Source: the human T2T-CHM13v2.0 reference genome, Homo sapiens. From it: a stretch of DNA of 64,000 nucleotides. The notes under the pieces were generated by a model, which was not told the origin of the DNA, did no database searches, and was given only the letters and a program-made list of their open reading frames with translations. The stretch lies in NCBI RefSeq assembly GCF_009914755.1, contig NC_060948.1, one strand, 5' to 3'. A program made the position numbers and the translations under genes. Every line of letters begins with the position of its first letter. The stretch's first letter is position 1. Shown piece by piece: positions 1 through 14,100 of this stretch.

Positions 1-977
1 ATATAATGGAATGGAATGGACTCGAATGGAATGTACTAGAGTTGAATGGAATCGCATGGAATGGAAAACAATGGAAAGGAAAGGAAGGGAATTGAAAGTA
101 AAGGAATAGAATGGAATGGAATCGGATGGAACGGAATTGAATGGAATGGAAACTAAAGGAATAGAACAGAAAGGAATGGCATTGAATGGAATGGAAAGGA
201 ATGGAATCAGATGGAACAGAAAGGAATGGAATAGAATCGAATGGAATGGCATCGAATGGTTTGGAATGGAATGTAATGGAATGGAATGGAAAGGAATGGA
301 ATGGACTCAAATGGAATGTACTCAAATGGAATAGAATAGAATGGAATGGAAGTAAATATAATGGACTCGAGTGGAATGGATTGGAATAAATTGGAATTGA
401 ATGTAATGGATTCGAATGGAAAGGAATGGAATGGAATGGAATGGAATGGATTCGAATAGAATGGAACGAATTGGAATGTAATTGAATGGAGTCGAAAACA
501 GTAGAAAGAAAAGAAGTTTAATCGAATGATATCGAATGGAATTGAATGGAATGTAGGCGAATGGAATAGACTGGAATGGAGTGGAGTGACATGTAATGGA
601 ATCGAAAGGAATGGAATCGAATGAAATGGAATTGAATGGAATAGAAAGGAATAGAATGGAATGGAGTTTAATGGAAAGATATTAAAAGTAATGGAATGGA
701 ATTGAGTGGACACGAATGGAATGGACTGGAATGTAAAGGACTCGAATGAAGTGGACCGCATTAGAATGGACTCGAATGGAATGGATTAGAGTGGAATGGT
801 TTTTAATGGATTGGAAACGAATGGAATGGAAAGGAATAGAATGGAATGTAATCAAATGGAACGAAATGGAATGGAATGGATTCGACTGGAACAGAACTGA
901 ATGTAGTGGAATTGAGTGGAATGGAATGCAATCGAATGGAATGGACAGGAATGGAATAGAATGAAATGAAATGGCAT

Positions 978-1027
978 GGAATGGAATGGAATGGAATGGA
1001 ATGGAATGGAATGGAATGGAATGGAAT
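978..1027 (+). repeat. Pure (GGAAT)10 microsatellite-like tract, length-variable between unit copies
   Basis: Counted directly. The orthologous tract has 10,10,8,5,5,7,9,12,9 pentamers in copies 1-9 (longest at 39848-39907). Confidence 0.85.
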
Positions 1028-4000
1028 GGCATGGCTTGGAATGGAATGGAATGGCATGGAATGAAATTGATTGGTATGGGATGGGCCCAACAGTAATGGA
1101 CTCACAGAAAAGGGACTCAAATAGAATGAATTGGAAAGAAACGGTCTCGAATGTAATTTATTCGAATAGAATGATATTGAATGGAATGCGATAGTATGGA
1201 ATGGTATCGAATAGAATGGAATAGAATGGAATGGAATGGAACGGAATGGAGTGCATTTGAACGGACTCCAATGCAACAAATTGCAATATAATTGATTCAA
1301 ATGGAATGGAATCGAATAGAATGTAAACAAATGAAATGGAAGGCAATGCAATGGAAAGGAATCGAATGAAATGGAATAAATGGGATGGAATCGAATGGAA
1401 AGGACGCGAATATAATGGACTGTTAAGGAAAGGTCTCGAATCGAATTTATTCCAATAGAATGGAATCGAACGGAATGCAATACTGTTGAATCGAATCGAA
1501 TGGAATGGAATTGAATGGAATGGACAGGAATGGAATGAACTGGAAGTGAATGGAAAAGAACGTAATATAGTGCAATGTAATTTATTCAAATGGAATGGAA
1601 TGCAATCGAATGGAATGGACTCGATTGGAATGGACTGGAGTGGAATGGACTGAAACGGAATGGAAAGGAATGTAATGGAATGGAACGGAAAGCAAAGGAA
1701 TCTACTGGAATAGAATCGAATGGAACAGAAAGGAATGGAATGGAATGGAGTGGAATGGACTCGAATGGAATGTAATCGAATGTAATGGACCAGAAAGGAA
1801 TGGAATCCAATGGAATGGAATTGAATGGAATCAAAAGGAATAGAAAGGAATAGAGTGTAATTGAATGATACCGAATGGAAGGAAATGGAATGAAGTCGAA
1901 TGGAATGCACTGGAATGGAATGGACTCGATCAGAACGGACTGGAGAGGAATGTACACAAATGGAATGGAAACGAATGGAATGGAATGAAATGGAATGGAA
2001 TGAAATGGAATTGAAAGGAACGGAATCAAATGGAATGGAATGGATTGGAATAGAATGGATTCAAATAAAATAGAATCGATAGGAATGGTATTGAATGGAA
2101 GGGACTTGAATGGAATGGAAATCAATGGAAGATATTGGAATCGAATGGCATCGAATGAAATGGAATGGAACGGAATGGAACGGACCCGAATGGAATGGAA
2201 TGGACTCAAATGTAATGGACTCGAATGGAATCGACTGAAATATAATAGACTCGAAAGGAATGGCTTCCAGCGGAATTTATTTGAATAGAATTGAATCAAA
2301 TGGAATACAAGAGTATTGAATGGAATCGAATGGAATGGAATCGAATGGAATGGAACGGAATTCAATATAATGCAGTAGAATGGAATGCATTGGAAAGGAG
2401 CAGAGTGGAATCGAGTGGAATGGAATCGAGTGGAATGGAATCAAAGGGAACGAAATCGAATTGAATGGACTTGAATGGAATTGAGTCGAAAGGAATTGAC
2501 TCGAAAGGAATGGACTGGAACAAAAAGGAATGAAATGGACAGGAATGGAATGGAATGGACTCGAATGGAATGGAGTCAAATGCAAACGCATCGAATGGAA
2601 TGGATTCAAATGGAATGCAATTGAATGGAATAGAAAGGAAGAGAATGGAATTGAGAGTAATGGGAAGATATCGATTGGAATGAAATGGAATGGAAAGGAA
2701 TTGAATGGAAAGGAATGGACTCGAAAGAAATGGATTGGAATGGAATGGTCTCCAATGGAATGGACTGGAGTGGAATGGAATCGAATGGAATGAAAAGAAT
2801 GGAACGGAATGGAACGGAAACGAATAGAATGTTATGGAATCCGATTGGACAGAATGGAATGGAATGGACTTTCATGAAATGGAGTCGAATAGAGTGGCAT
2901 CAAAAGGAATGGAATGGAATGGAGTGGACTCAAAAGGAACGGACTCGAAAGGAATGGCGTCGAAGCAAATTGAATCAAATGGATTGGAGTCGAACAGAAT
3001 GGAATGGAATGGAATGAAGTCGACTGGAGTAGAGAGGAATGTAAAGGAATAGAATGGAATGTAATCAAATGGATTGCAAGTGAATGGAATCAAAAATAAT
3101 AGAAAGGAATGGAGTGTAAAGGGATGATATTGAATAAAATGGAATGGAATGGAATTTAATGGAATGGAGTTGAAGGAATGGACAGGAATGTAATGGACTC
3201 CAAAGGAATGGAATGGATGAAAATGGATTTGAACAGATTGGAATCGAACGGAATGGAATGCAATGGAATGGAATGGACTCGAATGGAGAAGAGACAAATG
3301 GAATGGAAACGAATTCAATGGAATTGAAAAGAATAGAATGGAATGGCCTGTAATGGTAAGATACTAAATGGAATGGAATTGAATGGAATGTAGTGGAATG
3401 GACCCAAATGTAATGCACTCGAATGGAATATACTGAAATAGAATGGAATCGAAAGGAAAGGTCTCAAATGGAATTTATTCAATACAATGGAATCGAATGG
3501 AATGCAATAGAATGGAAAGGAATCGAATGTAATGGAATCAAATAGAATGGACCAGACTGGAATGGACTGCCATAGAACGGACTGCAGTGTAATGGATTGA
3601 ATTCTAATTCATTCAAATGGAATGGAATTGAATGGAATGGAATCCAATGGAATAGATAGGATTGTACTGGAATGGAATAGCATGGAATGCAACGGAGTGG
3701 AATGGAGTTGAATGAAGTGGAATGGAATCGATTGGAATGGAATCAAATGGAATGGACGGGAATGGAATGGACTGGAAGAGAACAGACTCGAATACAATGG
3801 ATTGCAATGTAATTGATTCAAATGGAATGGAATCGAATGGAATGTAATAAAATTGAAGGGATTGGAGTTCAATGCAAAGGAATAGAATGGAATGCAAAGG
3901 AAAGGAAAGGCACGGAGTGAAATCGAGTGTAATGGAATCGAATGGAATGAAATCGAATGGAATGGACTCAAAAGAAATGGACGAGGGACAAAACGGAATC

Positions 4001-4627
4001 AAACTGATTGGAATGGAATGGAACGGAATGGAATGGAATGGTCTCCATTGGATGGGAGTAGAACGGATTGGAATGGAATGGAATGAAATGGAATGGAAAG
4101 GAATAGAATGGAATGGAAAGGAATGGAAGGTAATGGAAAGATATCGAACGGATTGGAAAGGAATGGAATGGACGCTAATGGAATGGAATGGAATTCAACA
4201 GAAACGAATGGAATGGACTGGAGTGAAATGGAGTCGAATGTAATTGACTGGAGAGGAATGGACTCGAAAGGAATGGACTCGAATAGAATGGACAGGAATG
4301 GATTGTACTCGAATGGAGTGGAAAGGAATAAAATGGATTCCACCAGATTGGAATGGAACAGAATGTAATGGAATGGAATGGAATGCAATGGAATGGCTCG
4401 AATGGAATGGAGTCGAATGCAATGGAAGAGAAAGGAAAGGAATTGAATGGAATTGAAAGTAATAGAATTAAATGGAGTACAAAGGAAAGATATCGAATGG
4501 AATGGATCTAAAAGAAATAGAATGGAATTGACAGGAATGGAATGGAATAGACTGGCGTGCAATGAAAACGAATGGAATGGAAACGAATGGAATGGAATGG
4601 AAAGGAATGGAGTAGAATAAATACTAT

Positions 4628-4682
4628 GGAATGGAATGGAATGGAATGGAATGGAATGGAATGGAATGGAATGGAATGGAAT
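4628..4682 (+). repeat. Pure (GGAAT)11 tract, length-variable between unit copies
   Basis: Counted directly. It has 10 pentamers with a GGAAA interruption in copy 2, and only 3 in copies 9-11 (e.g. 49047-49061). Confidence 0.85.
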
Positions 4683-5581
4683 GGAGGCGAAAGAAAATGA
4701 ATGGATTGGAATGTCACCGAATGGAAAGATATGGAATGGAAGGGAATGGATACGAATGGAATGGAATAGAAAGGAAGGGAAAGGTAAAGAATGGAATGGA
4801 ATCGGATAGAATGGAATGCAATATAATGGAGTCGAATGGAAATTAATCGAGTAGAATGATATCGAATGGAATGGAATTTAATGGAATGAAATGGAATGGA
4901 ATGGAATGGAATGGAATGGACTCGAATGGAATGTACTCAAATGGATTAGAATAGAATGGAATGGAACTAAACGTAATGAACTCGAATGGAATGGACACAA
5001 ATAGAATGGAAGAGAAAGGAATGGTATTGAATGGAATGTATTCGAATAGAATGGAATTCAATGGAATGCAACAGTGTGGCATGGAATCAAATGGAATGGA
5101 ATCGAATGGAATGGACCCGAGTGGAATGGACTCATAGAACATCCTCGAATGTAATGGATTACAATGTATTAGATTTGAAAGGACTGAAATCGAATGGAAT
5201 GTAATCAAATAGAACGGAATTGAATGCATGGAATGGCATAGAAAGTAATGCAATGGAATGGAATAGACTGGAATGGAATGGAATCGGATGGAATGTAATG
5301 AAATGTAATGGAAGGAATGCCATGGAATGAAATGGAATGGAATGCAATGGGACGGTGTATAATGGAGTGCAATGGATTTCAGTGGAATGTAGTCCAAAGG
5401 AATGAAATAGAATGGAATTCAATATAATGGAATGGCATCCAATGGCAAGGAATGGAGCGGACTCCAATGGAAACGACATGAAAGGACTATAATATAATGG
5501 AATGGCATTGAACGAAATGGAATGCAATGGAGTTAAAAGGTAAAATATCGAATGGAAAAGAATTGAATGGACTCGAATGGA

Positions 5582-8500
5582 ATATAATGGAATGGAATGG
5601 ACTCGAATGGAATGTACTAGAGTTGAATGGAATCGCATGGAATGGAAAACAATGGAAAGGAAAGGAAGGGAATTGAAAGTAAAGGAATAGAATGGAATGG
5701 AATCGGATGGAACGGAATTGAATGGAATGGAAACTAAAGGAATAGAACAGAAAGGAATGGCATTGAATGGAATGGAAAGGAATGGAATCAGATGGAACAG
5801 AAAGGAATGGAATAGAATCGAATGGAATGGCATCGAATGGTTTGGAATGGAATGTAATGGAATGGAATGGAAAGGAATGGAATGGACTCAAATGGAATGT
5901 ACTCAAATGGAATAGAATAGAATGGAATGGAAGTAAATATAATGGACTCGAGTGGAATGGATTGGAATAAATTGGAATTGAATGTAATGGATTCGAATGG
6001 AAAGGAATGGAATGGAATGGAATGGAATGGATTCGAATAGAATGGAACGAATTGGAATGTAATTGAATGGAGTCGAAAACAGTAGAAAGAAAAGAAGTTT
6101 AATCGAATGATATCGAATGGAATTGAATGGAATGTAGGCGAATGGAATAGACTGGAATGGAGTGGAGTGACATGTAATGGAATCGAAAGGAATGGAATCG
6201 AATGAAATGGAATTGAATGGAATAGAAAGGAATAGAATGGAATGGAGTTTAATGGAAAGATATTAAAAGTAATGGAATGGAATTGAGTGGACACGAATGG
6301 AATGGACTGGAATGTAAAGGACTCGAATGAAGTGGACCGCATTAGAATGGACTCGAATGGAATGGATTAGAGTGGAATGGTTTTTAATGGATTGGAAACG
6401 AATGGAATGGAAAGGAATAGAATGGAATGTAATCAAATGGAACGAAATGGAATGGAATGGATTCGACTGGAACAGAACTGAATGTAGTGGAATTGAGTGG
6501 AATGGAATGCAATCGAATGGAATGGACAGGAATGGAATAGAATGAAATGAAATGGCATGGAATGGAATGGAATGGAATGGAATGGAATGGAATGGAATGG
6601 AATGGAATGGCATGGCTTGGAATGGAATGGAATGGCATGGAATGAAATTGATTGGTATGGGATGGGCCCAACAGTAATGGACTCACAGAAAAGGGACTCA
6701 AATAGAATGAATTGGAAAGAAACGGTCTCGAATGTAATTTATTCGAATAGAATGATATTGAATGGAATGCGATAGTATGGAATGGTATTGAATAGAATGG
6801 AATAGAATGGAATGGAATGGAACGGAATGGAGTGCATTTGAACGGACTCCAATGCAACAAATTGCAATATAATTGATTCAAATGGAATGGAATCGAATAG
6901 AATGTAAACAAATGAAATGGAAGGCAATGCAATGGAAAGGAATCGAATGAAATGGAATAAATGGGATGGAATCGAATGGAAAGGACGCGAATATAATGGA
7001 CTGTTAAGGAAAGGTCTCGAATCGAATTTATTCCAATAGAATGGAATCGAACGGAATGCAATACTGTTGAATCGAATCGAATGGAATGGAATTGAATGGA
7101 ATGGACAGGAATGGAATGAACTGGAAGTGAATGGAAAAGAACGTAATATAGTGCAATGTAATTTATTCAAATGGAATGGAATGCAATCGAATGGAATGTA
7201 CTCGATTGGAATGGACTGGAGTGGAATGGACTGAAACGGAATGGAAAGGAATGTAATGGAATGGAACGGAAAGCAAAGGAATCTACTGGAATAGAATCGA
7301 ACGGAACAGAAAGGAATGGAATGGAATGGAGTGGAATGGACTCGAATGGAATGTAATCGAATGTAATGGACCAGAAAGGAATGGAATCCAATGGAATGGA
7401 ATTGAATGGAATCAAAAGGAATAGAAAGGAATAGAGTGTAATTGAATGATACCGAATGGAAGGAAATGGAATGAAGTCGAATGGAATGCACTGGAATGGA
7501 ATGGACTCGATCAGAACGGACTGGAGAGGAATGTACACAAATGGAATGGAAACGAATGGAATGGAATGAAATGGAATGGAATGAAATGGAATTGAAAGGA
7601 ACGGAATCAAATGGAATGGAATGGATTGGAATAGAATGGATTCAAATAAAATAGAATCGATAGGAATGGTATTGAATGGAAGGGACTTGAATGGAATGGA
7701 AATCAATGGAAGATATTGGAATCGAATGGCATCGAATGAAATGGAATGGAACGGAATGGAACGGACCCGAATGGAATGGAATGGACTGAAATGTAATGGA
7801 CTCGAATGGAATCGACTGAAATATAATAGACTCGAAAGGAATGGCTTCCAGCGGAATTTATTTGAATAGAATTGAATCAAATGGAATACAAGAGTATTGA
7901 ATGGAATCGAATGGAATGGAATCGAATGGAATGGAACGGAATTCAATATAATGGAGTAGAATGGAATGCATTGGAAAGGAGCAGAGTGGAATCGAGTGGA
8001 ATGGAATCGAGTGGAATGGAATCAAAGGGAACGAAATCGAATTGAATGGACTTGAATGGAATTGACTCGAAAGGAATTGACTCGAAAGGAATGGACTGGA
8101 ACAAAAAGGAATGAAATGGACAGGAATGGAATGGAATGGACTCGAATGGAATGGAGTCAAATGCAAACGCATCGAATGGAATGGATTCAAATGGAATGCA
8201 ATTGAATGGAATAGAAAGGAAGAGAATGGAATTGAGAGTAATGGAAAGATATCGATTGGAATGAAATGGAATGGAAAGGAATTGAATGGAAAGGAATGGA
8301 CTCGAAAGAAATGGATTGGAATGGAATGGTCTCCAATGGAATGGACTGGAGTGGAATGGAATCGAATGGAATGAAAAGAATGGAACGGAATGGAACGGAA
8401 ACGAATAGAATGTTATGGAATCCGATTGGACAGAATGGAATGGAATGGACTTTCATGAAATGGAGTCGAATAGAGTGGCATCAAAAGGAATGGAATGGAA

Positions 8501-11157
8501 TGGAGTGGACTCAAAAGGAACGGACTCGAAAGGAATGGCGTCGAAGCAAATTGAATCAAATGGATTGGAGTCGAACAGAATGGAATGGAATGGAATGAAG
8601 TCGACTGGAGTAGAGAGGAATGTAAAGGAATAGAATGGAATGTAATCAAATGGATTGCAAGTGAATGGAATCAAAAATAATAGAAAGGAATGGAGTGTAA
8701 AGGGATGATATTGAATAAAATGGAATGGAATGGAATTTAATGGAATGGAGTTGAAGGAATGGACAGGAATGTAATGGACTCCAAAGGAATGGAATGGATG
8801 AAAATGGATTTGAACAGATTGGAATCGAACGGAATGGAATGCAATGGAATGGAATGGACTCGAATGGAGAAGAGACAAATGGAATGGAAACGAATTCAAT
8901 GGAATTGAAAAGAATAGAATGGAATGGCCTGTAATGGTAAGATACTAAATGGAATGGAATTGAATGGAATGTAGTGGAATGGACCCAAATGTAATGCACT
9001 CGAATGGAATATACTGAAATAGAATGGAATCGAAAGGAAAGGTCTCAAATGGAATTTATTCAATACAATGGAATCGAATGGAATGCAATAGAATGGAAAG
9101 GAATCGAATGTAATGGAATCAAATAGAATGGACCAGACTGGAATGGACTGCCATAGAACGGACTGCAGTGTAATGGATTGAATTCTAATTCATTCAAATG
9201 GAATGGAATTGAATGGAATGGAATCCAATGGAATAGATAGGATTGTACTGGAATGGAATAGCATGGAATGCAACGGAGTGGAATGGAGTTGAATGAAGTG
9301 GAATGGAATCGATTGGAATGGAATCAAATGGAATGGACGGGAATGGAATGGACTGGAAGAGAACAGACTCGAATACAATGGATTGCAATGTAATTGATTC
9401 AAATGGAATGGAATCGAATGGAATGTAATAAAATTGAAGGGATTGGAGTTCAATGCAAAGGAATAGAATGGAATGCAAAGGAAAGGAAAGGCACGGAGTG
9501 AAATCGAGTGTAATGGAATCGAATGGAATGAAATCGAATGGAATGGACTCAAAAGAAATGGACGAGGGACAAAACGGAATCAAACTGATTGGAATCGAAA
9601 GGAACGGAATGGAATGGAATGGTCTCCATTGGATGGGAGTAGAACGGATTGGAATGGAATGGAATGAAATGGAATGGAAAGGAATAGAATGGAATGGAAA
9701 GGAATGGAAGGTAATGGAAAGATATCGAACGGATTGGAAAGGAATGGAATGGACGCTAATGGAATGGAATGGAATTCAACAGAAACGAATGGAATGGACT
9801 GGAGTGAAATGGAGTCGAATGTAATTGACTGGAGAGGAATGGACTCGAAAGGAATGGACTCGAATAGAATGGACAGGAATGGATTGTACTCGAATGGAGT
9901 GGAAAGGAATAAAATGGATTCCACCAGATTGGAATGGAACAGAATGTAATGGAATGGAATGGAATGCAATGGAATGGCTCGAATGGAATGGAGTCGAATG
10001 CAATGGAAGAGAAAGGAAAGGAATTGAATGGAATTGAAAGTAATAGAATTAAATGGAGTACAAAGGAAAGATATCGAATGGAATGGATCGAAAAGAAATA
10101 GAATGGAATTGACAGGAATGGAATGGAATAGACTGGCGTGCAATGAAAACGAATGGAATGGAAACGAATGGAATGGAATGGAAAGGAATGGAGTAGAATA
10201 AATACTATGGAATGGAATGGAATGGAATGGAATGGAATGGAATGGAATGGAAAGGAATGGAGGCGAAAGAAAATGAATGGATTGGAATGTCACCGAATGG
10301 AAAGATATGGAATGGAAGGGAATGGATACGAATGGAATGGAATAGAAAGGAAGGGAAAGGTAAAGAATGGAATGGAATCGGATAGAATGGAATGCAATAT
10401 AATGGAGTCGAATGGAAATTAATCGAGTAGAATGATATCGAATGGAATGGAATTTAATGGAATGAAATGGAATGGAATGGAATGGAATGGAATGGACTCG
10501 AATGGAATGTACTCAAATGGATTAGAATAGAATGGAATGGAACTAAACGTAATGAACTCGAATGGAATGGACACAAATAGAATGGAAGAGAAAGGAATGG
10601 TATTGAATGGAATGTATTCGAATAGAATGGAATTCAATGGAATGCAACAGTGTGGCATGGAATCAAATGGAATGGAATCGAATGGAATGGACCCGAGTGG
10701 AATGGACTCATAGAACATCCTCGAATGTAATGGATTACAATGTATTAGATTTGAAAGGACTGAAATCGAATGGAATGTAATCAAATAGAACGGAATTGAA
10801 TGCATGGAATGGCATAGAAAGTAATGCAATGGAATGGAATAGACTGGAATGGAATGGAATCGGATGGAATGTAATGAAATGTAATGGAAGGAATGCCATG
10901 GAATGAAATGGAATGGAATGCAATGGGACGGTGTATAATGGAGTGCAATGGATTTCAGTGGAATGTAGTCCAAAGGAATGAAATAGAATGGAATTCAATA
11001 TAATGGAATGGCATCCAATGGCAAGGAATGGAGCGGACTCCAATGGAAACGACATGAAAGGACTATAATATAATGGAATGGCATTGAACGAAATGGAATG
11101 CAATGGAGTTAAAAGGTAAAATATCGAATGGAAAAGAATTGAATGGACTCGAATGGA
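5582..11157 (+). repeat. Higher-order unit copy 2 (5576 bp, haplotype A)
   Basis: Landmark at 5582 and 11158. One pentamer shorter than copy 1 in the GGAAT tract at ~10209-10258. Confidence 0.95.
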
Positions 11158-14100
11158 ATATAATGGAATGGAATGGACTCGAATGGAATGTACTAGAGTT
11201 GAATGGAATCGCATGGAATGGAAAACAATGGAAAGGAAAGGAAGGGAATTGAAAGTAAAGGAATAGAATGGAATGGAATCGGATGGAACGGAATTGAATG
11301 GAATGGAAACTAAAGGAATAGAACAGAAAGGAATGGCATTGAATGGAATGGAAAGGAATGGAATCAGATGGAACAGAAAGGAATGGAATAGAATCGAATG
11401 GAATGGCATCGAATGGTTTGGAATGGAATGTAATGGAATGGAATGGAAAGGAATGGAATGGACTCAAATGGAATGTACTCAAATGGAATAGAATAGAATG
11501 GAATGGAAGTAAATATAATGGACTCGAGTGGAATGGATTGGAATAAATTGGAATTGAATGTAATGGATTCGAATGGAAAGGAATGGAATGGAATGGAATG
11601 GAATGGATTCGAATAGAATGGAACGAATTGGAATGTAATTGAATGGAGTCGAAAACAGTAGAAAGAAAAGAAGTTTAATCGAATGATATCGAATGGAATT
11701 GAATGGAATGTAGGCGAATGGAATAGACTGGAATGGAGTGGAGTGACATGTAATGGAATCGAAAGGAATGGAATCGAATGAAATGGAATTGAATGGAATA
11801 GAAAGGAATAGAATGGAATGGAGTTTAATGGAAAGATATTAAAAGTAATGGAATGGAATTGAGTGGACACGAATGGAATGGACTGGAATGTAAAGGACTC
11901 GAATGAAGTGGACCGCATTAGAATGGACTCGAATGGAATGGATTAGAGTGGAATGGTTTTTAATGGATTGGAAACGAATGGAATGGAAAGGAATAGAATG
12001 GAATGTAATCAAATGGAACGAAATGGAATGGAATGGATTCGACTGGAACAGAACTGAATGTAGTGGAATTGAGTGGAATGGAATGCAATCGAATGGAATG
12101 GACAGGAATGGAATAGAATGAAATGAAATGGCATGGAATGGAATGGAATGGAATGGAATGGAATGGAATGGAATGGCATGGCTTGGAATGGAATGGAATG
12201 GCATGGAATGAAATTGATTGGTATGGGATGGGCCCAACAGTAATGGACTCACAGAAAAGGGACTCAAATAGAATGAATTGGAAAGAAACGGTCTCGAATG
12301 TAATTTATTCGAATAGAATGATATTGAATGGAATGCGATAGTATGGAATGGTATTGAATAGAATGGAATAGAATGGAATGGAATGGAACGGAATGGAGTG
12401 CATTTGAACGGACTCCAATGCAACAAATTGCAATATAATTGATTCAAATGGAATGGAATCGAATAGAATGTAAACAAATGAAATGGAAGGCAATGCAATG
12501 GAAAGGAATCGAATGAAATGGAATAAATGGGATGGAATCGAATGGAAAGGACGCGAATATAATGGACTGTTAAGGAAAGGTCTCGAATCGAATTTATTCC
12601 AATAGAATGGAATCGAACGGAATGCAATACTGTTGAATCGAATCGAATGGAATGGAATTGAATGGAATGGACAGGAATGGAATGAACTGGAAGTGAATGG
12701 AAAAGAACGTAATATAGTGCAATGTAATTTATTCAAATGGAATGGAATGCAATCGAATGGAATGTACTCGATTGGAATGGACTGGAGTGGAATGGACTGA
12801 AACGGAATGGAAAGGAATGTAATGGAATGGAACGGAAAGCAAAGGAATCTACTGGAATAGAATCGAACGGAACAGAAAGGAATGGAATGGAATGGAGTGG
12901 AATGGACTCGAATGGAATGTAATCGAATGTAATGGACCAGAAAGGAATGGAATCCAATGGAATGGAATTGAATGGAATCAAAAGGAATAGAAAGGAATAG
13001 AGTGTAATTGAATGATACCGAATGGAAGGAAATGGAATGAAGTCGAATGGAATGCACTGGAATGGAATGGACTCGATCAGAACGGACTGGAGAGGAATGT
13101 ACACAAATGGAATGGAAACGAATGGAATGGAATGAAATGGAATGGAATGAAATGGAATTGAAAGGAACGGAATCAAATGGAATGGAATGGATTGGAATAG
13201 AATGGATTCAAATAAAATAGAATCGATAGGAATGGTATTGAATGGAAGGGACTTGAATGGAATGGAAATCAATGGAAGATATTGGAATCGAATGGCATCG
13301 AATGAAATGGAATGGAACGGAATGGAACGGACCCGAATGGAATGGAATGGACTGAAATGTAATGGACTCGAATGGAATCGACTGAAATATAATAGACTCG
13401 AAAGGAATGGCTTCCAGCGGAATTTATTTGAATAGAATTGAATCAAATGGAATACAAGAGTATTGAATGGAATCGAATGGAATGGAATCGAATGGAATGG
13501 AACGGAATTCAATATAATGGAGTAGAATGGAATGCATTGGAAAGGAGCAGAGTGGAATCGAGTGGAATGGAATCGAGTGGAATGGAATCAAAGGGAACGA
13601 AATCGAATTGAATGGACTTGAATGGAATTGACTCGAAAGGAATTGACTCGAAAGGAATGGACTGGAACAAAAAGGAATGAAATGGACAGGAATGGAATGG
13701 AATGGACTCGAATGGAATGGAGTCAAATGCAAACGCATCGAATGGAATGGATTCAAATGGAATGCAATTGAATGGAATAGAAAGGAAGAGAATGGAATTG
13801 AGAGTAATGGAAAGATATCGATTGGAATGAAATGGAATGGAAAGGAATTGAATGGAAAGGAATGGACTCGAAAGAAATGGATTGGAATGGAATGGTCTCC
13901 AATGGAATGGACTGGAGTGGAATGGAATCGAATGGAATGAAAAGAATGGAACGGAATGGAACGGAAACGAATAGAATGTTATGGAATCCGATTGGACAGA
14001 ATGGAATGGAATGGACTTTCATGAAATGGAGTCGAATAGAGTGGCATCAAAAGGAATGGAATGGAATGGAGTGGACTCAAAAGGAACGGACTCGAAAGGA

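Larger units (their letters stand above)
1..5581 (+). repeat. ~5.6 kb higher-order unit, copy 1 (5581 bp, haplotype A)
   Basis: The landmark ATATAATGGAATGGAATGGACTCGAATGGAATGTACTAGAG at 1 recurs at 5582, and the ORF track repeats with offset 5581 (116 to 5697, 3609 to 9190). The unit start is arbitrary, set at the window start. Confidence 0.95.

Noticed and set aside
1-8. TATAAT and TATA-like words, and AATAAA, recurring in each unit
   Set aside because: These are simple variants of GGAAT/GTAAT pentamers, with no associated gene or promoter context.
3975-4065. Less pentamer-like stretches (GGACGAGGGACAAAACGG...CTCCATTGGATGGGAGTAG; also ~1075-1150 and ~5345-5400) as possible inserted elements
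   Set aside because: They remain parsable as diverged pentamers in near register. They lack target-site duplications, poly(A) tails and Alu/L1/LTR similarity, and they occur in every unit.
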